A stretch of 64,000 bases of DNA from Bacteroidales bacterium (lineage in GTDB: Bacteria; Bacteroidota; Bacteroidia; Bacteroidales; FEN-979): NCBI GenBank assembly GCA_017882335.1, contig JADGPR010000004.1, positions 24,688 through 88,687 on the forward strand. The letters run 5' to 3'. The notes under the pieces were generated by a model. It searched no databases and was not told where the DNA came from. It saw only the letters and a program-made list of their open reading frames with translations. A program made the translations under genes and the position numbers. This document shows, piece after piece, positions 17,217 through 25,544 of this stretch (position 1 is its first letter; every line of letters begins with the position of its first letter).

Positions 17217-18188
17217 TTGATTTTTCATCTTACAAAATATTATTTACCTTACCGATATCTCAGGTTCCGCGAAATCCTTACGGCTGTTTTGCTGATATCA
17301 ATCCTTCCATCGATAGTGGCTCAGCAGAGCAGCAACATCACGCATTACATGTTCATGAACATGGCTTTTAACCCGGCTATTGCAGGTAGCAGTGATGGCA
17401 TTAATATTACAGCCCTGATCCGGCAACAATGGATCGGTTTCAAAGATGACCGCGGGCGCAATTCGGCGCCACAAACTTTGTTCCTTACCATTGATTCCCC
17501 GATTAAATTTCTGCACGGCGGCATTAGCGGAACGGTGGTTAACGATAAACTCGATCTCTTCAATAATACCCAGTTAACCCTCGGCTATGCATACCGCACT
17601 GATCTTGGCCCGGGTGAGTTTTTTGGAGGGCTTCAGGTGAATTTTCTGAATTCCAAATTTGATGTGGAAAAACTCGAACCCATGGTTCCCATAACCAACC
17701 TGGGAAAAAGCGATTTTATCCTGGATGGCTCATTAGGACTGTATTACAAAGTTCAGGATAAATATTACCTCGGCCTTTCCTGCACCAATGTCCTGCAAAC
17801 CCGGATGAAAAAAACCCAAGTCCGTGACAAACGGGTTTATGACCTTACCGGTGGATACAATTGGGTTGTACCAAGCTATCCCGCTTTTGAATTGCAACCT
17901 TCCGCCTTTATTACCACAGACCTGGCTGCATATAGTTTCAGTATCAGCGCCATCGTGCAATACAATAAAAAATACTGGGGAGGACTTGCCTATCGTTACC
18001 AGGATGCCGCATCGGTGCTGGTGGGGTTCACCATCCTTAAATCAGTCAGAGTCGGGCTGTCTTATGATGCCAGTATATCCAAAATGTCGAGGTACAATAA
18101 TGGCAGTGTGGAGGTGTTGTTGAATTATTGCTTTAAGATTGAAACTGAGAAATTTAGGAAAAGTTATAAAAATACAAGGTTCTTATAA
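17217..18188 (+). CDS. porP: PorP/SprF-family T9SS outer-membrane protein
   Basis: 323 aa with a signal peptide ending IVAQQ and the family signature HYMFMNMAFNPAIAG...ALIRQQW. It lies directly upstream of gldK. Only a TTG start is available upstream of the signal peptide, so the start is uncertain. Confidence 0.85.
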   Translation: MIFHLTKYYLPYRYLRFREILTAVLLISILPSIVAQQSSNITHYMFMNMAFNPAIAGSSDGINITALIRQQWIGFKDDRGRNSAPQTLFLTIDSPIKFLHGGISGTVVNDKLDLFNNTQLTLGYAYRTDLGPGEFFGGLQVNFLNSKFDVEKLEPMVPITNLGKSDFILDGSLGLYYKVQDKYYLGLSCTNVLQTRMKKTQVRDKRVYDLTGGYNWVVPSYPAFELQPSAFITTDLAAYSFSISAIVQYNKKYWGGLAYRYQDAASVLVGFTILKSVRVGLSYDASISKMSRYNNGSVEVLLNYCFKIETEKFRKSYKNTRFL

Positions 18189-18198
18189 TAGAAAAAGG

Positions 18199-18206
18199 TA
18201 TTTTTG
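18199..18206 (+). promoter_or_regulatory. Candidate internal -7 box (TATTTTTG) between porP and gldK
   Basis: Perfect TAnnTTTG, 83 nt upstream of the gldK ATG. Confidence 0.3.
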
Positions 18207-18289
18207 CCGTTGAAAATTTGAATTGTAAACGGAGAAGATAATAAACCTTACTTAGTAGCGTTATATTTCATCATAAAATCGGCCAAAAA

Positions 18290-19657
18290 ATGAAAAAACT
18301 GCTCATTTATTTTGCTCTTCTCGTTTTCCTTAGTAGCTGCGGAAACTCCGGAAATGGCGAACTTACGGGAGTAAAAAACCGAAAACGATATTTTCAGCCA
18401 GATCCTTACGGGATGCGCTATATTCCAATGGGTAGCTTTACCATGGGTGTGGGTGATGAAGATCTCCCCTATGCCCAGTTAAACACGCCAAAAACCATCA
18501 CGATCCAGTCTTTCTACATGGACCAGACCGAGATCACCAATAACAAGTACAGGCAATTTGTTTTTTGGGTAAGAGATTCCATCGCCCGCCGGTTGTTAGG
18601 GGAAATCAAACCAGATGTGTATCTTATATCAGAAAATAAGAAGACTGGAGAAACCTTTGATCCTCCATTTCTGAATCAGAATGCAAAAGTGGATTGGAAT
18701 TCCGACCAGCAGGATGTCCGCGATGCACTCACACAGATGTACCTCCCGGAAAGTGAACGTTATTTCCGCCGCAAGGAAATTGATACCCGGAAACTTTATT
18801 TTGAATATTATTTTGTTGATCTGAAAGCTGCAGCACGGAAAGATTATGGCCAGGGCGGCGACATCAAGGAGGGAGGATTGGCCAACCGTCCACAGGGTCT
18901 GAAAGACCGCTCCGTTTATGTTCGCAAGGAAGTGATCAATGTTTATCCCGACACGCTCTGCTGGATTCATGATTATGTGTATTCGTTCAATGATCCACAG
19001 ACCGAAAAATATTTCTGGCACCCTGCCTATGACAATTATCCTGTTGTAGGCGTTACTTGGAAACAGGCCAATGCCTTCTGTATCTGGAGAACACAGTTGA
19101 AAAACCAATACATGTATGGAAAAAAAGGAGAATCCTCTGTCAGTGAGTTCCGGTTACCAACCGAAGCTGAATGGGAATGGGCTGCACGGGGAGGTTACGA
19201 CAATAACCCCTACCCTTGGGGCGGGCCTTATACAAGGAATGACAAAGGATGTTTCCTCGCAAATTTCAAACCCTTACGCGGAAATTATATTGATGATGGT
19301 GGCGCTACTACCGTAATCTGTGCCCATTATCCTGCCAATGATTTTGGCTTGTATGACATGGCCGGAAATGTGGCCGAATGGACCCGGTCAGCCTATTATC
19401 CTTCTTCTTACAATTTTACCTGGGACCTCAACCCAGATTATACCTACAATGCAAAAGATGTCGATCCTCCGGCCATGAAACGCAAAGTCGTACGTGGGGG
19501 ATCCTGGAAAGATGTTGCTTATTTCCTCCGGGTTTCGACCCGTTCATTCGAATTCCAGGATACGTCTAAATGTTATATCGGCTTCCGGACCATGCAACCG
19601 TTCCTTGGCAGACAAAAAGATGATAATCCTGCCCGGGCTTCTCATGTTTACAATTAA
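18290..19657 (+). CDS. gldK: T9SS/gliding lipoprotein GldK/PorK (FGE-sulfatase/SUMF1 fold)
   Basis: 455 aa with lipobox LSSCG, and the motifs GSFTMG, FYMDQTEITN, LPTEAEWEWAARGG and VVRGGSWKD. Confidence 0.93.
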   Translation: MKKLLIYFALLVFLSSCGNSGNGELTGVKNRKRYFQPDPYGMRYIPMGSFTMGVGDEDLPYAQLNTPKTITIQSFYMDQTEITNNKYRQFVFWVRDSIARRLLGEIKPDVYLISENKKTGETFDPPFLNQNAKVDWNSDQQDVRDALTQMYLPESERYFRRKEIDTRKLYFEYYFVDLKAAARKDYGQGGDIKEGGLANRPQGLKDRSVYVRKEVINVYPDTLCWIHDYVYSFNDPQTEKYFWHPAYDNYPVVGVTWKQANAFCIWRTQLKNQYMYGKKGESSVSEFRLPTEAEWEWAARGGYDNNPYPWGGPYTRNDKGCFLANFKPLRGNYIDDGGATTVICAHYPANDFGLYDMAGNVAEWTRSAYYPSSYNFTWDLNPDYTYNAKDVDPPAMKRKVVRGGSWKDVAYFLRVSTRSFEFQDTSKCYIGFRTMQPFLGRQKDDNPARASHVYN

Positions 19658-19716
19658 GAAGAGAAAAAGATATTATTAAAATCAATCGTAATCTTTAATC
19701 CAAATCAATCATTATT

Positions 19717-20748
19717 ATGGGCTTATATGCTTTAGTAAGGACAAGACAGTACCGTAACTTCATGGCCAAACTTTACGGGTTAGGCGCTTCCGTTGTTATC
19801 ATGGGTGCTCTCTTCAAGATCAACCATTACGTAGGGGCTGACTACATGCTGATCGTCGGTCTGGGAACCGAGTCAATGATTTTCTTTTTCTCTGCGTTTG
19901 AACCGCCCCACGTTGAACCTGACTGGAGTCTTGTATACCCTCAGTTAGCAGGCATTTACCATGAGATGGATCAGGAAGCTCCTGATTTTCAAAAAGGAGG
20001 CAGTGGAACACAGGAACTTGATAAAATGCTTGAAAAGGCCAAGATCGGGCCGGAGTTGATTGAGAGCCTTGGCACGGGATTGAGAAAACTCACGGATACC
20101 ACCGCCAAGCTTTCAGATGTCAGCAATGCTTCCGTTGCCAACGACAAATTTGTTTCCACCATGAAGACGGCAACCGATTCTGTTACCATCCTGAATGAAT
20201 CCTATAAAAAAACAGCAAAATCACTCGAGCAGAATGTCAGTGCTGCGGAAGAACACCTCTCAAGCATCCAGTCTGTTTCCAAGAGTGCAGCAACCCTCTC
20301 GCATGCCTATGTGCAGGCCTCTGAGTCCATCAACCATGAGATTTCCCTGAACAAGGAGTTCTCTACCAGCCTAATCAATGCAACGGTATTCACCAATAAA
20401 TTTGTTGAGAAATACAGCGAATCTGCAGAATTGCTTGCCAAAACCTCGGAAGCCCTTCACGCTTCTGCACAGGAAGAGACCAACTACAACAAGCAGCTGC
20501 AAAAAATTTCCAACAACTTATCGGCACTCAATACTTTGTATGAACTCCACCTGCAAGGTTCCAACGAGCAGGTGACATCCACGGGCAAAGTCAATGAGAC
20601 TTTAAATAAACTGACGGCCAAATTGAATGAGTCCATTGAAAAAACGTCAGAATTCAAGCAAGAAGTGGAAGCTTTCTCCAAAAACATTGCTGCCCTCAAT
20701 AAGGTTTATGGCAATATGCTCTCTGCAATGAGCGTGGGGAACAAATAA
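19717..20748 (+). CDS. gldL: T9SS/gliding motor protein GldL/PorL
   Basis: 343 aa with two N-terminal TM helices that include the conserved glutamate context (KLYGLGASVVIMGALFKI...IFFFSAFEPP). The C-terminal domain is coiled-coil rich. Confidence 0.9.
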   Translation: MGLYALVRTRQYRNFMAKLYGLGASVVIMGALFKINHYVGADYMLIVGLGTESMIFFFSAFEPPHVEPDWSLVYPQLAGIYHEMDQEAPDFQKGGSGTQELDKMLEKAKIGPELIESLGTGLRKLTDTTAKLSDVSNASVANDKFVSTMKTATDSVTILNESYKKTAKSLEQNVSAAEEHLSSIQSVSKSAATLSHAYVQASESINHEISLNKEFSTSLINATVFTNKFVEKYSESAELLAKTSEALHASAQEETNYNKQLQKISNNLSALNTLYELHLQGSNEQVTSTGKVNETLNKLTAKLNESIEKTSEFKQEVEAFSKNIAALNKVYGNMLSAMSVGNK

Positions 20749-20802
20749 TCCGGAGAATGAGTTGTTTAATTCCTAAATACTAATTAATAAATAACAGACT
20801 AA

Positions 20803-22404
20803 ATGGCTGGATATAAGGAGACCCCGAGGCAGAAGATGATCGCTATGTTGTATCTTATCCTTACGGCGCTGCTCGCTTTGAATGTCTCGAAACAAATCCT
20901 GGATGCTTTTATTGTGGTGAACGAAAGTATGGAAACCACAAACGAAAATTTCTCGAAAAAGCTGGAGACCACAATCAGTAAATTTAAGATCCAATATCAG
21001 CTCAACCCGAATAAGGTAGGCCCTTTTTGGGAAAAAGCGCAGAAGGCACATACCCTTTCCAAGGACCTGGCGGCATATATTGATAGCACAAAAGTAGCGA
21101 TCATTCAGCTTGCCGATGGTATTGAGACCTTTAAGGAGGCCAAAGGGGTTAAACTGAAGGATGTAAAAAGGATAGATAATTACGACCGTACAACCAATTA
21201 TTTTATCGGAAGATCCCAAGACGGTTCTGGTGGTGAAGCCCGGAAGCTAAGGGACAAGATGGAGGGATTCAAGAAAAGGATGCTCGACCTTGTCGATCCC
21301 AAGTACCGGAATGTTATGAAAATGGGTTTGGATACGCAAGGGCCGTTCTATGATCTGGATGGAGCTAAGCAACCCTGGGAAATGCATAATTTCTACCGTA
21401 CTATTCTGGCTGCCGATGTTACCATCCTGAATAAGATCAAGGCAGAAGTCTACAATGCCGAATTTGACGTTACCAACTACCTTCTCTCATCCATTTCTGC
21501 AGAAGACTTCAAATACGATAAAATCGACGCCAGGGTAATCCCGAAAAGCAGTTATGTCTTTCTGGGTGACGAATACCAGGCAGAAATTGTTGTTGCCGCC
21601 TATGATACAAAAGCCAATCCCAACGTCAGATATAGCCAGGGTATTGATTCGCTGACTCCTGCGAATTATAAAAATGCCACACTGCTGGAAGCTGTCAATG
21701 GAGTTGTCACACTCAAACTGCCCGGCAGTGGGGAAGGATTAAAGAAATTTGCCGGTATCATTAAGATCGTAAACCCGCTCGGTGATACCATGACGTTCCA
21801 TTTCAAAGATGAATTCATCGTTGCAAAACCCGGGTTGACCATCTCTCCTTCAAAAATGAATGTGTTTTACATTGGCGTCGACAACCCCGTTGATATCTCT
21901 GTCCCGGGTGGCCCCGAACGAATCGCACCAACCATCTCTGTCGGACAGATCCGGCCGGAAGGAAAACAATGGATTGTATCTGGTCTTCCAAACGGCATTA
22001 AGGAAGCCATTGTTTCTGTCAATGCCATTTTCTCCGGAAAAACCAAGTCGATGGGTTCAAGCACGTTCCGTTTGAAGAAAATCCCCATCTTCAATGCTCT
22101 GATCGACAGGAACCCTGAAGGAGGAATGATTTCCAGGAGCGATATTCCCGTGGGTTATATTGCAGCTGAAAAACCCGTTGGGTTCGATTTCGACCTTACA
22201 TACAAGGTTACTGGATTTGTATTCGTTTCCGATATCGATGGAAATGTTATTGAACGGAATGTACCCGGAAACAGGATCCCCGAAGATCTTCTTGCCAAGA
22301 TCAAAAGGGCAAAGAAAGGCAATCGTATCTGGATCGAAAACATTATGGCCATCGGGCCAGGGGGCGAACAACAATTGAAAAACATCAGTTATAAATTCAG
22401 ATAA
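20803..22404 (+). CDS. gldM: T9SS/gliding motor protein GldM/PorM
   Basis: 533 aa with the N-terminal signature ETPRQKMIAMLYLILTALLALNVS (single TM helix with conserved Arg) and a long periplasmic region. Confidence 0.92.
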   Translation: MAGYKETPRQKMIAMLYLILTALLALNVSKQILDAFIVVNESMETTNENFSKKLETTISKFKIQYQLNPNKVGPFWEKAQKAHTLSKDLAAYIDSTKVAIIQLADGIETFKEAKGVKLKDVKRIDNYDRTTNYFIGRSQDGSGGEARKLRDKMEGFKKRMLDLVDPKYRNVMKMGLDTQGPFYDLDGAKQPWEMHNFYRTILAADVTILNKIKAEVYNAEFDVTNYLLSSISAEDFKYDKIDARVIPKSSYVFLGDEYQAEIVVAAYDTKANPNVRYSQGIDSLTPANYKNATLLEAVNGVVTLKLPGSGEGLKKFAGIIKIVNPLGDTMTFHFKDEFIVAKPGLTISPSKMNVFYIGVDNPVDISVPGGPERIAPTISVGQIRPEGKQWIVSGLPNGIKEAIVSVNAIFSGKTKSMGSSTFRLKKIPIFNALIDRNPEGGMISRSDIPVGYIAAEKPVGFDFDLTYKVTGFVFVSDIDGNVIERNVPGNRIPEDLLAKIKRAKKGNRIWIENIMAIGPGGEQQLKNISYKFR

Positions 22405-22440
22405 ATCCATATTAACTCATTATCTAATAAGGGAGGATTT

Positions 22441-23283
22441 ATGAAAACTTTGCTAAAATGCCTGGTCATCGTTGCATTTGCAATGATCGCAGCCAGCACT
22501 TACTCCCAGGTACTGGATACAGGACCCAGGGATGGTATCTATGATAAGACCGCCATTCTGCAGATGAACCCGATCCCGTATGTGCCCCTGCGTGAAGCGG
22601 ATGTTATCTGGTCCAGAAGGATCTGGAGGGAAATCAACATGAAGGAAAAAATGAACCAACCTTTCTATTTTCCCGAAACGCCCCAGGGAACCTGGAAGAG
22701 TTTTATGCAGATCATCCTGGATAACCTTAAGGAAGGAACTATCACCGCTTATGAAGATGATAAGTTCATCCTTCCCAGGAATTATAATGAGATCATGAAA
22801 CAATCTGAGAAACCTATCAAGAAAACCTTGCTTCGTGAAGGAACCGATGTTGAATACGATACCACATATACGGAAATTTTCCAGGCTACGGCTGTTTTCA
22901 AGCTTAAACTGAAGGAACAATGGGTTTTCGACCGTCAGCGTTCGGTACTGGAAGTACGCATCCTCGGGATCTGTCCGGTGAAAGAAAGCTATACCGACCA
23001 GGGCGAATACAGGGGCGACATTGATATGTTCTGGATATACTTTCCGGAATGCCGTAACATCTTCGCAAAAACTGAACAATTCAACCTGAAAAATGGAGAT
23101 GCAGGCAGGATATCATACGATGATGTTTTCATGAAAAGGATGTTCAACAGTTTTATTTTCAAGGAAGAAAACGTATATGACCGGAAGATCTCCGATTATG
23201 CTACCGGCGTAGATGCCCTTCTGGAAGCCGACAGGGCAAAGGCATCCCTGCACGAATTTGAGATGAGCCTTTGGGAATATTAG
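22441..23283 (+). CDS. gldN: T9SS/gliding periplasmic ring protein GldN/PorN
   Basis: 280 aa with a signal peptide. Position directly after gldM and the size fit GldN. A strong terminator follows. Confidence 0.86.
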   Translation: MKTLLKCLVIVAFAMIAASTYSQVLDTGPRDGIYDKTAILQMNPIPYVPLREADVIWSRRIWREINMKEKMNQPFYFPETPQGTWKSFMQIILDNLKEGTITAYEDDKFILPRNYNEIMKQSEKPIKKTLLREGTDVEYDTTYTEIFQATAVFKLKLKEQWVFDRQRSVLEVRILGICPVKESYTDQGEYRGDIDMFWIYFPECRNIFAKTEQFNLKNGDAGRISYDDVFMKRMFNSFIFKEENVYDRKISDYATGVDALLEADRAKASLHEFEMSLWEY

Positions 23284-23310
23284 CGGAATTATCCGGTTAA
23301 AAATCAAACG

Positions 23311-23339
23311 AACCCTCCCTGAAAATGAGGGTTTTTTTA
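23311..23339 (+). terminator. Rho-independent terminator after gldN
   Basis: AACCCTC(23311-23317), a 9-nt loop, GAGGGTT(23327-23333), then a run of 7 T (the first two form the end of the stem). Confidence 0.85.
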
Positions 23340-23360
23340 TGTTTCCTCCGGCAAAATCCA

Positions 23361-23368
23361 TAACTTTG
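23361..23368 (+). promoter_or_regulatory. Candidate -7 box (TAACTTTG) for recG
   Basis: Perfect TAnnTTTG, 19 nt upstream of the recG ATG and just downstream of the gldN terminator. Confidence 0.5.
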
Positions 23369-23387
23369 CTCTGGATCAATGGATTAA

Positions 23388-25496
23388 ATGATGACGGGAA
23401 CTTTTCTTGAAACGCAGGTCGAGTACCTGAAAGGGGTAGGCCCCGCACGGGCCGATATCCTGAAAAAAGAATTGCAGATATTTACTTTCGGGGAATTGAT
23501 CTCCCTCTTCCCTTTCCGATATATCGACCGGAGCAAAATATTCCGGATTGCTGACGTGACGGATGATGCCGCATATGTGCAAATAAGGGGCAGGATAAAA
23601 GATGTACAGGCGATTGGAAGTCCGCGCGCAAAAAGAATGGTGGCCACTCTGGCCGATGATTCCGGTGAAATGGAACTGGTATGGTTCCAGGGGGTCAAAT
23701 GGATCGCAGATAAACTGAAACCGGGGACAGAATTCATTGCTTTCGGTAAACCTTCCTGGTTCAACGGGCATCTTACGATCGCCCACCCGGATTTGGAATT
23801 GCCGAATGAACAGGTTTCCTCTGTCAGCGATACCTTTCGGCCGTTGTACAGTTCGACTGAAAAACTGAAATCCAGGGGACTGGACAGCAAAGGGATTTCA
23901 CGGCTGATGAAAACGCTCATCCAATCCGACCGGTTTCATATCCCGGAGAACCTGAGCCCGGAAATCCTTGGAAACCTGAAGCTGATGAATCGCCAGGAGG
24001 CATTCATCCACATTCACTTTCCGGCAAGTCATGAAATGCTGCAAAAAGCACAGGCCAGACTGAAATTTGAAGAACTCTTTTACATCCAGCTCCGGCTATT
24101 GATACAGAAGTTCCAGCGGACGCAGAAACAGAGCGGGCATCCTTTTTCCGTGGTAGGCCATTACCTGAATGATTTCTATCATCATTATCTTTCCTTTGAA
24201 CTGACCAATGCCCAGAAGCGCGTGATCAAAGAGATCCGCGGCGACCTCGGTTCAGGGAAACAGATGAATCGTTTGTTGCAGGGCGATGTCGGCAGCGGGA
24301 AAACACTGGTGGCCCTGATGACCATGCTGATTGCACTGGATAACAATTTCCAGACCTGCCTGATGGCCCCAACGGAGATCCTGGCGAATCAACATTACCA
24401 GAATATCTCAAAGATGGTTTCCGGGCTCGACATTTGTATTGAACTGCTCACCGGGTCTACAAAACCTGCAAAAAGAAAAGAGATCGCATCCGGATTGAAC
24501 GACGGCAGCCTTCAGATCCTGATCGGTACCCATGCCCTGATTGAAGAAAATGTCCAGTTCAGGAACCTTGGATTTGTTGTTATTGATGAACAACACCGGT
24601 TTGGCGTGGCACAACGGGCGCGATTATGGGAGAAAAATGCGGTGACCCCCCATGTGCTTGTGATGACTGCTACCCCAATTCCGAGAACACTCGCCATGAC
24701 CTTGTATGGTGACCTCGACACTTCCATAATTGACGAAATGCCACCCGGCCGGAAGCCAGTGATCACCAAACATGTGTTTGAAACAAAGCAGGAACAGGTT
24801 TTCGATTTTATCCGGAAACAAATCGACAAGGGAACACAGGTCTATATCGTTTTTCCGTTGATCCAGGAATCTGAAACCCTCGATCTGAAGAACCTTCTGG
24901 AAGGGTATGAATCGCTCAAACGGATTTTTCCCGGCCCAAAATATGCAATCGGGATGGTGCACGGAAGGATGAAGCAAAAGGAAAAGGATGAAGCCATGGA
25001 ACGTTTCCTGAAAAAGGAGACACAGATACTCGTTTCTACTACCGTGATCGAAGTGGGAGTTGATATTCCCAACGCCTCCCTGATGGTCATTGAAAACGCA
25101 GAACGATTCGGGCTTTCCCAGCTTCACCAATTGAGGGGCAGGGTTGGCCGGGGTGCCGATCAATCTTATTGTATCCTGATGTCGGGATTTAAGCTGACTA
25201 CTGAGGCCAAAAAACGGATAGAGACCATGATTGAAACAAACGATGGTTTTATTATCGCAGAAACCGACCTTCGCCTCCGGGGCCCGGGAGATATGGAAGG
25301 AACGCAACAATCGGGAATCCTGAATCTTAAAATTGCCGACATCATTCGTGATGAAAAGGTACTTAAATATGCCCGTAACCTGGCCACGGATATTATCCGC
25401 GACGATCCTAACCTGGAGAAAGAAACTAACACAGTACTTGCACGGCACCTGAAGATCATGAACAAATACAGGGAAAATTGGGGCCTGATCAGTTAA
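23388..25496 (+). CDS. recG: ATP-dependent DNA helicase RecG
   Basis: 702 aa with an N-terminal wedge domain, Walker A GDVGSGKT, the DEQHRFG box and QLRGRVGRG. Confidence 0.95.
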   Translation: MMTGTFLETQVEYLKGVGPARADILKKELQIFTFGELISLFPFRYIDRSKIFRIADVTDDAAYVQIRGRIKDVQAIGSPRAKRMVATLADDSGEMELVWFQGVKWIADKLKPGTEFIAFGKPSWFNGHLTIAHPDLELPNEQVSSVSDTFRPLYSSTEKLKSRGLDSKGISRLMKTLIQSDRFHIPENLSPEILGNLKLMNRQEAFIHIHFPASHEMLQKAQARLKFEELFYIQLRLLIQKFQRTQKQSGHPFSVVGHYLNDFYHHYLSFELTNAQKRVIKEIRGDLGSGKQMNRLLQGDVGSGKTLVALMTMLIALDNNFQTCLMAPTEILANQHYQNISKMVSGLDICIELLTGSTKPAKRKEIASGLNDGSLQILIGTHALIEENVQFRNLGFVVIDEQHRFGVAQRARLWEKNAVTPHVLVMTATPIPRTLAMTLYGDLDTSIIDEMPPGRKPVITKHVFETKQEQVFDFIRKQIDKGTQVYIVFPLIQESETLDLKNLLEGYESLKRIFPGPKYAIGMVHGRMKQKEKDEAMERFLKKETQILVSTTVIEVGVDIPNASLMVIENAERFGLSQLHQLRGRVGRGADQSYCILMSGFKLTTEAKKRIETMIETNDGFIIAETDLRLRGPGDMEGTQQSGILNLKIADIIRDEKVLKYARNLATDIIRDDPNLEKETNTVLARHLKIMNKYRENWGLIS

Positions 25497-25544
25497 GATT
25501 CAGGAAATTCTCAATACTTTTACATCCCCAAAATTGGTACAAAC

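Noticed and set aside
19679-19710. AAATCAATC direct repeat (19679-19687 and 19702-19710) and reiterated AATC motifs in the gldK-gldL spacer. A CTAAWTA-like periodicity also appears in the gldL-gldM spacer (20770-20795).
   Set aside because: The spacing is irregular (4-7 nt) in very AT-rich sequence. I cannot distinguish it from low-complexity composition, so it is weaker than the phased heptamer tracts reported above.
22431-22443. Shine-Dalgarno-like GGGAGGA 3 nt upstream of the gldN ATG, and AGGAGG in the loop of the 12345-12374 inverted repeat.
   Set aside because: Bacteroidota generally do not use SD-dependent initiation. The spacing before gldN is shorter than the functional optimum, and the loop AGGAGG is not near any start codon.
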